DNA of 64,000 nt from Phoronis australis (lineage: Eukaryota > Animalia > Phoronida). Made by a program: the position numbers and the translations under genes. Where the stretch lies: positions 1,459,650-1,523,649 of the forward strand of contig NMRA01000020.1 in assembly GCA_002633005.1 (NCBI GenBank). Reading direction: 5' to 3'. Positions 51,254 through 64,000 of the stretch are shown here, one piece after another (the first letter of the stretch is position 1; each line of letters starts with the position of its first letter). The notes beneath the pieces were generated by a model. The model ran no database searches. It saw only the letters and a list, made by a program, of their open reading frames with translations, and was not told the DNA's origin.

Positions 51254-53618
51254 ACACTGATGTGGGGATGTACCATACTCTACTATGTTCTTGACCGGTG
51301 GGGGTTGCTGCTGGAAAACTGGGATACCCACCCATTTAGAGAATGACTAGAAAAAGGATACCCATATGTCACCACCGTTTTGCAGGCATTCTGTACGTTA
51401 CAGTTTCAGAGGGATTATTGTACAGCTGAATTTTCAATCATTAAGCTTGAAACAGTACACAATTTGCAACAAAATTTCCATTGTACATATTACTGAAAAC
51501 CTACCAGAAGTGTTTCGAACACCCAAAATTAATCCTTTTGATTTTTCATGGGGAATTTTATGAGAGAAGGCACCCTTTGCAGTCAAATTGATCGCGAAAA
51601 AGCCACACTGGTCTGCTGTAGGAGTACCCTCCTTATGTTCTGAAGACATAAATCAGGATTTAAACTTCAGCAGGATGTGAAACCATCATTACCTAAGCAG
51701 CAAATTTAATTCACCGTTTTTATGATGTTAGTGTGTGAAATAATCACGATTTATGTCACTTAAATGAGAGGCAGTCTGCTGGAAATGTGAATTTTGCCAA
51801 CATCATTATTTGTACAATGGTTTAAGACTGCTCATCTGATGTGATAACTGAATGAAAGAGTTATGTTTTATGTTATAATAGTATACTTCATCATCTTATT
51901 CAAATTTTACACTTTCTTTTCCTGTGGTGTGAAAAATTCTTATATAGATGAGCACTGAATTGATTGGCCAAACTGATGGCACATACTTGTAGTGCATACA
52001 GTACAAGCTAAAATTATTCCGACAAGATGGACAGCTGGGTGGAAGTCAAATTCACTTTCAGAGTAGTCTCCCCTCGTGACCAAGAACAGACAGGGTTGTC
52101 AGGAAAGTTAGTAAGATGGTTAAGTCATTCTGTAATTGGAAGTTTACCTCCTTGATGGTTATCACCATTCATTTTTGCTGTTAACAGAATTAGCTATCAT
52201 GACAGGGAAATGGCATTTTGTCTGATTACTTGTGTCTTAATATTTTCTCCACCTGAACCCCTATTTAACCAGGAGCCTTGTTTTACTGCAATGTTTGCTT
52301 TATTCAGTAATTGATAATTTACCCTTATGATCCCTTATTTAACCTTGTCCCTGTTGATACTTATCATTAGTTTTTCTGTAAGCAAGGCTATTGTGAAACT
52401 TGCGCATGATATAGAGCCATAGAGGACGTCCTCTAGATGTCAGAATGTACAGTTGCAACCCTGGAGAGTTTCTCTAGTGATTACTGGTGGTAAACAGCAA
52501 TGTGGTGAGCACATTAGGGATTAGTAACAAGACTGCTCTATATGTTTCTCATTAGAAGTGGCTGTTCAACTTTCCCTGTTGACTTCTGCCACAGACTGGA
52601 TTGAGTTGGTGGTCTGTGGTAAATCTAGGAAGTTCTGATTTCCCAGAGTGTCATTTGAACAGTTTGATAAGCTGTGGAGTATTTTTAAAGTAAGTTTAAC
52701 TTTTCACTTCGCTATTTTTGAAAGGGTTTAATGGCTAAAAGTGTTGAGTATACCAAGCTCTGTTTAAATTAAAAATACATTTTGACTTGTATAAAGTATG
52801 TACGCACATTTCTCAAAGTACACAATTTAGAAAAATGTTGTCATTTTGAGGTTACTGCAATAGGGTCTCTGGGTGGGTACCATTGCTCTCTCTGTAATGT
52901 TCAACCTCAGACTTGGGTAAAATTCTTTAGTAAGGACAAAAAGAATTGCTTGGATAATAATTGTCATGCTTCCAATTATATTTAGGTGAATATTTTTGAT
53001 AATAGCCTTACTTTTTGTTCATTTTTGTACTTTGAAACTCGTACATCAAACAGGGGTGTTGGTTTACGACTGCATTTATCTCGTCCAACACGTTCAGCCA
53101 AGCCCATGAATAGCGACTAGCTCACTTCAATCTGTGACGGCATCATCAAGCTTTTGATGTGCCGAGGAATTTGCTGGATACTTGTGATGTAAACAGTGCA
53201 CGATTTCTCATCCACTTGCGTGCATATCCTGCTAGCGTAAGATTTGCCTCTCGACAAATGCCAGATTTGACTTCTTGGCCTTTTTCATAGCAGGCTGCCT
53301 TTTACATCTCTGGTTGTTAAGTGTCCCCTCAGGTCTTCACATGGCCCTCAGTATTCACTGGTGTGCAGACCAGACCTGTTGGTATATTTGTAAACTATTT
53401 TGACATTCTCTTCATTGTTTCCCTCATCATTCTGTTCATTTAGAAAATGTCTCAACAAAAAATGCACCTGTTTTGCTATCAGGCTAATCCAGCATCCATA
53501 TTTTGAATCAAAAGTTTTGGCGTTGTTAAAAACATCAGTAAATGTGATGTTTATAATTAGTAATTAAACACAACGCCAGGTTGGCAACTGCAGTTTTTCT
53601 TCTTGAGGCTCTGATTTA

Positions 53619-53729
53619 GGTAATGGTCGGATATAACATGCCCGTATTTTGAGAACCAACTTGATGCCCGTTATTCAGTGGGCAAAACTGGTTCTCAAAA
53701 ATTCGGGCACATTATATGGGTCCATTACC
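53619..53729. mobile_element. Tiny hairpin MITE, Merlin-like, 111 bp
   Basis: ctgattta|GGTAATGG...TGCCCGTATTTTGAGAACCA...TGGTTCTCAAAATTCGGGCA...CCATTACC|ctgatttg: 8-bp TSD with one mismatch and GGTAA termini. Confidence 0.7.
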
Positions 53730-54210
53730 CTGATTTGTGATAAATCACTGAACCTACTTCATTAGAAAATGATGTCATGCAAAGTTAATCTCTTCTTGTT
53801 TTTTTTGTCCTGGATGTGCCATTGGAAATTTGGGTTGTCCACAAGATGAACTTGTTACTTCACAGTTTCCACAATTAAAGACGCACGTTTATGTTCCCTA
53901 TGACACAATTTGCAGATGCTGTCCGAGAAAGGTTCCTTTCAACAGAGAACTTGCTGTAGTGAGTCCTCACTTCTGGTTGACTCATCCTATATGCACCCAC
54001 CAGGATGTACTGTCCAGAAGTGAAAAGAGCTCTGCCTACCTTGGGAACATTACCTTGTTAACATTAATGATGCAAAATCATGCCCCCTTATACTGTATGC
54101 GTACGCATCAATGGAATGGTGAACATTCTCTCTGGAAAGCACTACAGTTTTTCACTTACTCAAACTTGGCGTCGCTGCTGAGTAAAATGTTCCCAGGGTT
54201 TCCACCATGG

Positions 54211-54285
54211 TCTCTCAATAGCTCAGTAGTCACTGTGCCCAACTAGTGTTCAGAAGATCCAGTATCCAGGATTTGATTCCTTAGT
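54211..54285 (+). mobile_element. Possible decayed tRNA-derived SINE head
   Basis: A-box-like TAGCTCAGTAGT followed ~50 nt later by B-box-like GGATTTGATTCC. No cloverleaf is evident. Confidence 0.3.
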
Positions 54286-54811
54286 CATTACAGGCAATTT
54301 TTGTCAGACTCCACAAATAAAGGCTAACAATCATGAGTGTGATTTCACATTGTTAACAAATTACCCTTTAGGTGTTAGGTACTGTTTGCATTTTCTTTTA
54401 ACAAGGCGCCAATCAACACTACTGCCATTGATCGATTTTACCAAGTGGCATGTGTAATGTTTCCAGACAGTTACCTGTATTCTGTTTTATCAGCTTTAAC
54501 ACCTTAACACAGGTGATAAATACCCAAGTTAATTAACCTTATCACTGTTGGACTCCTCACAAAGTTATAATGGAATAGTTTCATGGTTGTGTCTGTTGAC
54601 TTGTTGTTGTTAGATAATTTGTCTTTGTCAAAACTAATATGATGGCAGACCACATGAGACTGTTTACAGTGCAGACAATAACAGTGTAACTTGTTGTGAA
54701 GATCAGCTGTATATAGGTTCTTGAATAACAAGGTGGACCTGAGGAATGTTTTGTGTAGTGTCAATGCTAAGAATAGCTAACTTTGGTCTTGTGTTGAACT
54801 GAACAGCAGGG

Positions 54812-54951
54812 CTGGGTTGCATAAAACTTCAAAATTGTCTGCTGGATAAGTTTGATTGTTATGTGAGGTCAGGTGCATTGTTCAACAAGAAGTGATGATG
54901 CGATGTCATTGTTGCTGTGCAGCATATAACTTTTACGCAACTGGGCCCAGC
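54812..54951. mobile_element. Small hairpin MITE (Harbinger-like)
   Basis: gctgggttgcataaaactt ... aacttttacgcaactgggcccag, imperfect inverted ends. A similar end occurs near 61650. Confidence 0.45.
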
Positions 54952-55313
54952 AGTTAACTTCGCAATATTTAATAGCGAAGCATAGTTGCTTCAATGCGGG
55001 TATGAACCGTTCGTTGTCTTTGGAGTTATGGGCAGGTGTCGCTGTCTATAACAGCATTTGTTGTGGTGTAGTTTTGATATTTTTTCAAATCTTTACCAAG
55101 CGCTTGATTTTATTTCTTTATCCGATCATATAAATTTTAAAAAATCAGCCTACATAACCCGTATAGAGTACCTTCTCACGATACCTTCGATGACTCGCGC
55201 ATCAAACGGCGATAGCATCGGTATTCGCTAACTACGGTTGACCGGTTCAACTAACTTGACAGTTTACATCAACGCTGCTCTTGTACTGGAGTTAAGTGGG
55301 TATGAAAAGGCTT
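54952..55313 (+). mobile_element. Harbinger-like MITE family A, copy 4 (5'-truncated, more diverged)
   Basis: Ends ggagttaagtgggtatgaaaaggct and shares cttcgatgac and gtttacatcaacgct with the other copies. Confidence 0.6.
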
Positions 55314-57520
55314 TAAGAGCTGTAGAACTATCTCCGCCTGGTCACGTTATCAGTGCCTCACAACTACAGTACAAAAGTGATCTGACAGATTCCATTCCAC
55401 CGTCGCCACTGCTAATTCTGTTAACAGCAAAAATGACTTGTAATAACCAACAAGGTGTCTTAGCCACCTTTCCTGATAATTCCCCTTCATTCTCGGTCGT
55501 TAGAGAAGAGTACTCTGACGGGGAATTCGGGGTTGTTTTGTCTGAAAACTTCTGGCTTGTACTATACCTACCGTATGTTATGAGTTGTGGAGCAGGTTTC
55601 TCGATCTTGTCAACGTTTTCTTAGTAACAGTTTAGACGTCTGTGCTCCCATTTTTTTCCAAACTGTATTTTACAGCAAAAATCACTGAATTTATGTGGCT
55701 ATTAACTGTCACACCTGGATTTGCACTGAATGCCATTATCTTATCTTGGTGCTAACAGAGCCATCTTATCTTACCCCAGTAGTTTATTGAAAATAACATG
55801 CCATGGTACATGGATTTGGTTTTAGAGTACCTACCAAATGACGTTATTTACTTTACAGTGCTGACGTGGTGGAGGTATGCGCTCTGTCTCTTTCCTTCTG
55901 ATACATTTTGTTCCAGTAGGACAACGATTTACGAGTCAGTTTTTCATATTTAAAAAAACCAATACCACAATTTGAAGCATTTCCTGTAAGCAAAAGCGCA
56001 GTTCCATCTAGGACACTAGTTTTTTTTTAAGTTCGAAATATTTCACGTTCCTTGATACTGTTGTGGCATGAATCCAGCTTTGTTTGGCTGACTCACTTAG
56101 GTGGCTGAAGTGTTCTTAGTGGTTTGTGATCCTATTTTTAACCCTTTTTTGCTTCAGGGATATTTATTTAACTACCGTCTAACACCAGCCTTTCTTGGTT
56201 TGAAGCAACTTTAAAACATTTGAATACCTTAAAAAGGTTTTGAATTAATTGAAACAAATGTAGGTGTGAAATGGATATGCGTTTTGTTCTCACTCGCTTG
56301 CCCTTGAGGTTGTCTTTGCATACACTGCTGTAGTTAAACCATGACCACATGTTCACTTTAACTGCTTATCTCCCATTTTAGGCTTGAATTCGTTTGAGAT
56401 ATTTTGTGAGTTAAGAACGTAATTTGTAATAGTATTTTGCAAGGTAGTGTTCAGTGGTTTGTGATGTTCTCTATAAACTGTTTTGGCTCCTCACAAGGGA
56501 ACAGTTTGAATTTCACAGGGAGGAGTTAGGCTTGCTTGTGTCTCAGTTTGAAAGCTTATGCAACGAGTTTGAAGTTGTGGGAGACAAGTCATCTCTTGAG
56601 CAAATTGGTATATTTTTTACTTTTGGCACCAAGATTTAACATGCAAACTCTCTAGAAGTTGAACAAGTATGTGCAGATTGTGATTTTCTGTTGAAGTAAA
56701 GGCAAAGTTGGGTGTTAATTATAATACAATGGGCAGCCATTGCCTTGAAATTACCGTAACATGTGCGTAATTGCATTGGAGATCTGTCTCTAGATTTTGG
56801 TCTTAGGCTGTGAAATCTGTAGGATATTTTGCTACTGGAGCAATTTTGACAATGGGAGCCCTCAGTTCCAGGCTAGCAGTATTTAGTCAGTAGCTGGTTC
56901 TAAGCCTTGAACGTTCTATTAAATTACAAAGGAAAATCTGTGTAAAGTTAATATTTGCCATTACACATGTAGTATAGTGCATATGATGTACAAGGTCAGA
57001 ATAGGATGATCAACTGTGTGCCTCCAGTCCAACACCCATCAGTCCATATATCATGGTTGCAACTGTAATCACACGTTTTGAACCCAAAATATTTTGACTT
57101 TTTGCTCCTTTTAGTTAGTAGCATAACTTCAAATTTGCAATGTACAGTAAAATAGAATAGAAGCATGTAATACACACTCATTATAAACACCATTATTTTC
57201 AACACTTAGAAGCTTAAGTGTGATTGCTAGTATGGAGTTCATGTTTCATTTTATTTTGGTCAATTTGCAAAGTTGATAACACTGTCCTTAATGGTTTTAG
57301 GAACTGTTTTTCGACTTGTATTTTCGAATTTCAGTGTGGAATGTATGGGCATAAACCTGAATATTTATGGTAGGTTTAGCAGACTTGCTGCCCCATCTAC
57401 TATATGTGCCACATGTGAATAGATTAGAGTCTGGAGTTGTGGTGGCTAAATGTCCTGGTATGGACAGTGACTCACTTTGAGGCATGGTGAAACATTGACT
57501 GTTACTGAAACAGGTTTCTT

Positions 57521-57653
57521 GGTAAAATTGGAGTAAACGGGTCCCTCTTGAAAATGGCTAAGGGGAACCAGTTTCACTGAGTAATGGACATTGCTGTTAT
57601 TCAATGAAAACTGCTGCCATTTTCAAGAGGGACTCGTTTGCTCTTCTTTTACT
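57521..57653. mobile_element. Hairpin MITE, Merlin-like, 133 bp, ~50 nt upstream of the GALNT ATG-exon acceptor
   Basis: ggtttctt|GGTAAAATTGGAGTAAACGGGTCCCTCTTGAAAATGGC ... GCCATTTTCAAGAGGGACTCGTTTGCTCTTCTTTTACT|ggtttatc; degenerate TSD. Confidence 0.65.
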
Positions 57654-57794
57654 GGTTTATCTTAAACAAAATACTTATAAAACCTTGTGCTTTGTATTTT
57701 TCAGACATTCTTCAAGTTATACCATGAGAAGGTGACACAAGTTTTCTTCTTCACCCTAACATAAAATATCTGGCCTGGAATTGTGATACCAGAA

Positions 57795-60700
57795 ATGGCC
57801 AGTTTTTTCGTCCGACGTCGAAGCCTTATTTTCAAGGCTGTCATTGGCATTCCAGTGTTATGGTTCATGGTAGTCACTCTGCTCGCCTTTAGGTCCAAGG
57901 ACCCAAATGAAACTTTCCAACCAAATCGGCATGTAGATTTAGAACGACGTGGTGTTGCCGATCCGGGTCTAAACCAGAGAGTCGTTGGTGATAAACCTGT
58001 AGATTGGTTAGTCCCGCCCCATTTCAACAACGGTCCCGATCCCCGTGGTAATCAACGGCGTATCCAGGACGGCGAGGACCAAGCGAAGGCCGGGGAAGCT
58101 GTCGTTCCTGTCGTTCCTCTTGAAGACAAACGTGTTGTAATGGATAGATTGCCTGATCGGGACAATAAAGTCGTTGAAGTGTTGGTTGAAGAAAGGAAAA
58201 GGGAAGGAAGACAAAACATTCCGCTACCTCGGCAACAGGACGTTGCTAAGACAACGACTGAAGATCCCAACGCTCCAGGTTTGTGAGTTTTCCTTACAGA
58301 CATTGGTGTACGTATCTGGTACTTGGGGTAGTTGGCGAATAAAACAACACTGAAAAGTTTTGTTGAAAGCAACACCAGTCTGTCTGTAAATGATTGATTG
58401 CCTGTGACTTGTTTTGATAGTGAAATGGAATCCTATTATAGTGAGGAATATTTGTAGAACAATTTTATGAGAGTAAAAGGCCAGTTCAGTTTTTGTTTTT
58501 AACCAGCTAAACATGGCAAAGTGCTGGTTGCTTTAATCGTTTCCAATTTTCACAATTACTGACACTGTGGGCAGACTGGAAATGATTGAATAATGCTTTG
58601 GCTTATTATACATTTCCCCTACTCAGTTAATTTATGTTTGAAATTAGCGATTGCCATACCTTGACCTTGACCTTGACCTTGACCCTGTTGTCATTGAACA
58701 AGCACAGATGCTATCTAGAGAAAGCAAATTTCCTGGTTGCAGAATGTGATATGAATTGCATTATTGTAACCATGGTTTTTCAAACTCCTTAATATCACAT
58801 TGACTTTAGGAATTCAATGGCATGTAAATTGCACTTTTCTCTTTGAACTTCATTTTAGTTACTGCGATATTCTTCAACGCGGGTCTGAAAATTTTTTACC
58901 TTAAATATTGTTCATTAAAATCTTTACGAGATAAGTTATAACACAGACCAATTTAGTCAAGGATTACTCCCAAATGCTCCTATTTCAACATGTTTTCAGC
59001 ATCTTTCAAAGTTATCACAATTTATCATGATATTTGTAAAGTTCAACTGCGTTCCATTAAGGAAACAAAGTTATGATTTAGACCACTTGACACTGCGAAA
59101 CTGATTATAACCTGTTCGTAACTCATACACAAAAAGTAAAGCCGTAGTGATTTCAGGCTCTGCACAGAACTGATAGGAAGTCAGTTTTTGTGACAGAAGG
59201 TGACATATTTATAGCTGCATATTTTTTCTTCCAGCAAAAATTGCGACTAGTGGTCATTAGTTGCTTTCCCGTCAGAAGCGAAACTTCGCTTTTACCGAAG
59301 TTTCGATAAATGGGAAAGGTTTACTCTGGTAGTTAACCTGCAAGCGAAACTTTGCTTAAAATTGTAGGATTTAAAGCTGAAGCATCGGTACTCACCGAAA
59401 CTTTGTGTAGTGGGAAAGGTCAGAGCGAAACTTTGCTGAAGTTAATGATAGAGGTGGCAGCAATGATATAAGATCTCAAAACTGTCCAGAATTATGTTAT
59501 CTAACTACCATCTGTTAGAGCAACATTTCAATGTAAATAAGCCTCAACCTCAATTCAGTCTAGACTTTGTAAATTACATTTCCAAATTAGCAGATACTGT
59601 TTCCCTTAAATTTCTGTGTTACACAATTTTTTTAATTCAAAACTTTCATTTTTGATTTGCTACAAATGTTGCACCTGTTTCAAGAAAATGCGTTTGCGGT
59701 CTGGTGTCTTTCTGACAATGAACTTTTCAAAGTTTGCAGTTAAATGTTATGATTAGCAATGAATCATACCATGACCTTTCTGTGGATGTTTCAGAATTTT
59801 AGACCAATGTCAGATAGAGGACCAACCTTTGCTTGAAAATGTCACCAACACAAATTGCTTCTTACATTGTAATTCTGTTTTATACTTGATCAAATGTTGT
59901 TGTTTCACTTCCACAGATTGTTATGTTGTTTAAATAGAATCACTGATGGTGCAGGTGAGATTTAATGTTGGCCCCAATTCATGTAGACTAAAATCTCATC
60001 AGTTTAGGACACATTTATGGTGGATACGTGAAGTTTTATTTTCTTACTTTTTCATGGAAGATACGCATTATTTAATGCTTTTCCATGTTAAAAGGAAAAC
60101 ATTTGGAAACATGTTAGAAGTCTTTGTGTGTAAAAAGGGTAATTTTGGCAGATATTTTTCGGCAAAATTGGTGAGGTGTTACCGTAAAATTAATGTGAAT
60201 TTGGTTTTGCGTTTCTTTGAATTTCCAATTTTTGTAAGCATTCGTTTGTCTTAGTCATCCTTTGAAGGCTATTTAGTGATGGGACATTTTATTGATACCA
60301 CACTTACATTTAAGTTGTGCTGCCATCAGCCTTCCTGTTGCTGCCAGATCAGAGGAGAGCAGTTGGTCATAAAGACTCCCCTCTGGCACTGATCAGTCCC
60401 TGGTACATCCTGATCACCAAGAATCTCTCAAGACTAATCTGTTTATATAACAGTCCTCTGGTTAAGCTGCTGTTTAACAAACATTCCCAGCAAACTTTAA
60501 TTAAAACCTGCTACTTTGGTATAGACAGGCTTTCTATCCAGTGCATAATAACCAAATAAAGGTCTTTCAAGTGAACAGTTTATGTTTAAGTCTCAGTGGG
60601 GGTGCCTGCACTGTCCGTTTGGATGTGCACAACCTGGTGTTAGAATGATTTCAAGATAATTGTTGGTATTCAAAAGTAAAAGATACGTGTAATTTGTATT

Positions 60701-62291
60701 CTGTATTTTTCATTGCCACTCATAACATGGCATAAAGGAATATTTGTGTGCCAAGTAGTGGGTTTAAGTACAGAAATTTGAGTTTGCAGATTCAGCAACT
60801 AATACAACAAAGAAAGAAAACTCAAAATTTCTTGGGAAAGAGTGCGAGCGATCTCCTTTAAAGTCACAATTTTCTGAGGAAAAAACAACCATGTTGCAAC
60901 AAAGTCTTATTTCTTGCCCATAGTAGTTTTCTGTGATTGTCAAAAATTTTTAATGTACTAGTTTTGTAATTTCTTGTGTTGATAGTTTGAACACGCCAAG
61001 ACTTCTAAGTAAAAAACGTATATTTGCTGGAATTGTCTTAAACTCCAACATTTTGACTAAAGATGTCTCTGCAACGATCGCTTATTTAGTAGAAATTTAG
61101 AGTGGTCTGGCCCCCTTTGGCCCCCTCTAAACCTGCCGCTGAATACACAAATTGCTGGAGAGGACTGCATTCAATAGTGCTGTTTACAATGCAAAGGTGA
61201 CAACAGTGAGATGACATGGCACGAGATTGACCTGGAACAAATTGACACGACGGTGACAACTTATGCCACCCGTTTTGAGGTAGAGCAATTTGCGCTTGAT
61301 CATCTTGCTCCATGTCAATTACGTCTTAACGCGAAACTGGGGCAAGGCGGAATGGATCATCTGTACTGTGCTTATGCAATGACCTACATATGGGTTCTCT
61401 GTCTCTGCAACTCCCGCCATTTGTAAACCTGCGCATGTGCGTTCTACTCTCCAGCCTACAACTTCCATCTTGCCACAGTTAATGAGTTGTGTGCATCCGC
61501 TTGACACTGAACTATTTGCTTCGTGCCGGGTCAAAAGTTGATGTCCAAACAGGACTAATGACATGACAAATCTTTAACAACCAACATTTTCAGGCCTTTA
61601 AATTTTAGTATCAAGGTCTTAATCACCCATTTTTCCTCTGTACCTGGTGGGTCAGTTTGCATAAAACTTTATACCCTTATTTTATGGTCTGTAGCAATGA
61701 GAACTGTGTCTGAGGACTGACATGTCTGTGTGGAAATGGTCAGTTAATAAAAATATTTGATGAATAATGAAAGGATTTGACAAAGGCTAACAATTACCAG
61801 ATGACAAGTTGTGCTGTTTGTATCAGGAGAGCTAAACCCCTTCTTAGGGAAACAGGTTTTGCATTTAGCCAAAACTGGGGTGAAGAAACATGGTAAAAAT
61901 TCTTGTTTGGGATGCAATAATGGCATATTGGTGAAATTTCATTTTGTCAAATTTTTCAGCTAAAATAACTTTTCGGGAAAGTTCATTTTACGTTTCCAAA
62001 AATGTGGTAAGCCTCTGAAAGTGGCAATTTTAACATTTTTTTTATTCCAAATTGCAGAATTTTTACTGTCAGTCATATATCCACCATGTTGTTGAGCTGT
62101 CACTCGGCGCTTTTGATTAATTTTGACAATTTTCCAGGTGCGATGGGCAAAGCTGTGGAAATAAAGAAGGAAGATCTGGCACCAGATGAGCGACGGAAAT
62201 TTGACGATGGCTGGCAGAACAATGCCTTCAACCAGTATGCTAGTGACATGATATCACTGCATCGTAGTTTACCTGATGTCAGAGACGCTGA
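57795..62291 (+). CDS. Polypeptide N-acetylgalactosaminyltransferase (GALNT; resembles the Drosophila pgant9 / C. elegans gly-5 type): first two coding exons, 3'-partial
   Basis: Exon 57705-58278 (acceptor tttttcag, ATG 57795) encodes a type II membrane N-terminus: basic tail VRRR, hydrophobic LIFKAVIGIPVLWFMVVTLLAF, then a stem. It splices in phase 1 to exon 62138-62291: PGAMGKAV...GWQNNAFNQYASDMISLHRSLPDVRD, the conserved GALNT pre-catalytic motif. Confidence 0.92.
58659..58685. repeat. (TGACCT)n hexamer run
   Basis: ccttgaccttgaccttgaccttgaccc. Confidence 0.85.
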
Positions 62292-64000
62292 GTAAGTTGA
62301 AACGGTTCTTTAAATGACTTTTAATCAGTCACGTATGGTAGTGGTAGGATAGATATATATTTTGGGAATTTGATTAGATTGTTTCTTGAAAAATGAGACT
62401 TATTTTCGATCCAATTCTTATTTGTCAAGTTAATTTAGTCTTCCTCAAACTAGCTTTGCCGTGGCAAAGGCAAAGACTCCTGAGAGGTGTTGGACTTAGC
62501 CATTTTTGTTTGGAACCAGTTCACTATTCGATTGCAGTAGTAATAAAAATTGTATTTTAGAAATTGAAGTATAGTTAAAAAATTGTTAAAAAGGATTACC
62601 ATTCCATCTAATGAACAATCCTGAGCTGCTGATTTGTTCTGTATCTCAGTTATACACTTCAAAAGATACATAGTAAGAAACGTAATGGCGAAATTTGGAA
62701 CTAAGAATTGAATTGAAATGGTCCTTGGAGTGTCGACATCGAAATCAGTTGCTCCCAGATCGTGATTTGATTATTCGGATTTCCTATGCCGTTGAATAAG
62801 AAAGCAAAACCACCATTTGATGCACCGTCTGTCTAACATTGCTGGTAGGAAGTATAGTCTGCTCTCTGTTGTTAGGAAGTACAATCTGCCCTTTGCTGGT
62901 AAGCTGTCTAATCTCAAACAGATTTATCTTTTGTTACCATGGGAAGGCAACATTCAAATGACATAACTTGTTGTAAGGCTATGTGAGGGCATCTTTGATG
63001 TACCAAACCTCCCTCACAGAGTAATTAGTACAGTCTAGAAAATGAGTAGTGGCCACTGTCAAAAGTAAACATAGTTATATGTAAAAAGTGCTGGAATACT
63101 TGATATAGTCATAAGAGTGTCCCATTGAGAATGTCTGCCTGATGTGAAAGTTCTGTCTTCTGACTTGAGATGTCCTTTCTGCCTTTTAATGAAAATTCAC
63201 ATGCTACGAAAGAATAATGCTAGAAACTACTTAAAACTTTGTGGAACATCTCAGCACAAAGTCAGGGTTTATGAATACAATTCCACCAACCATGTTCTTA
63301 GGGTTTCCAACAACCAAAACTAATTGCTTATTTTACAGATTTCTGATCCCTGAAGCATGTTTTGTTACAGTGTTTTACGAGTATGGGTTATGACTGTGTA
63401 TAAAATCTAAATGAATTTCCAATAAATAAAGCATTACTTGAGTAGTCAAATTTAACAACTCCTGTTGAGAGTTATATAATAGTTTTAATGCATAGCTTCT
63501 GGCTGATTACAATATCACAGTGTTTTCAACCTATATCCTATACATAAAATTCAAATTACCTGAAAACCTATCATTTGTGATTATTAAAAGTACAGTTATA
63601 CTTCCATCCCAGCAGCGCTTGGGCACTGAAGGAACTTCAAATTTCAAATTCATCCTATGTTTGGTAAAGACTAGAACAGTCTGGATACATAACAGTGACT
63701 TTGTATTTTGTTAATGACACTGAGTCACTTAATCATAACTAAAAAACAAAAATCAGCCTTCTGATTCAGTGGATAAAAATCAACCATCAGTATCTGCAGC
63801 GCAATGAATGACAGAATCCTGTTGTCGCTGTGTTGTTGGTCATCTGAGTAGAAAGACTTTGACGTGACAGTCAGCCTTGTTATTGAACCATCACTCTGCT
63901 CTCATTTTATGTATTTCTTTAATTTGAAGTATTGACTCCGATATCAACTTGATGTTCAAATTGTGACGGATAGAATATGCTTATATTCGGATTATGAAAT

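Noticed and set aside
54211-54285. Functional tRNA gene
   Set aside because: A/B-box-like motifs are degenerate and no acceptor or anticodon stems form. At most a SINE relic.
55238-55624. 128-aa plus-strand ORF
   Set aside because: Starts at TTG inside a MITE remnant and has no recognisable domain.
57701-58514. Several minus-strand ORFs over the GALNT exon
   Set aside because: Antisense shadows of a real coding exon.

Overview
AT-rich, intron-containing animal genomic DNA, probably from an invertebrate (a lophotrochozoan is my guess). The supplied ORF track mostly captures exon fragments or noise. Manual splicing gives four genes. (1) The last 10 coding exons of a class IIa histone deacetylase (HDAC4-like, + strand, 852-8829), which keeps the catalytic Tyr (LEGGYDL). 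(2) A convergent glyoxalase II gene (HAGH, - strand, 13567-19492, first exon unresolved). (3) A candidate 5-exon, 128-aa gene (- strand, 22305-24735) that the ORF track shows only as one exon-spanning fragment; its first exon is also splice-phase compatible with HAGH. (4) The first two coding exons of a polypeptide GalNAc-transferase (+ strand, 57795-62291), probably preceded by a ~32 kb 5' intronic region. The non-coding DNA is dense in non-autonomous DNA transposons with readable TIRs and TSDs (Kolobok-like, Tc2/pogo-like, Harbinger-like, Merlin-like and an unclassified foldback) and in minisatellites. The best leads are the hidden 128-aa gene, a 1.5 kb TIR element carrying a frameshifted stand-alone HIRAN-like gene but no transposase, a ~1 kb palindrome built from two head-to-head MITEs, and a foldback element with a 5-bp TSD. 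All assignments are by eye; no database searches were run.
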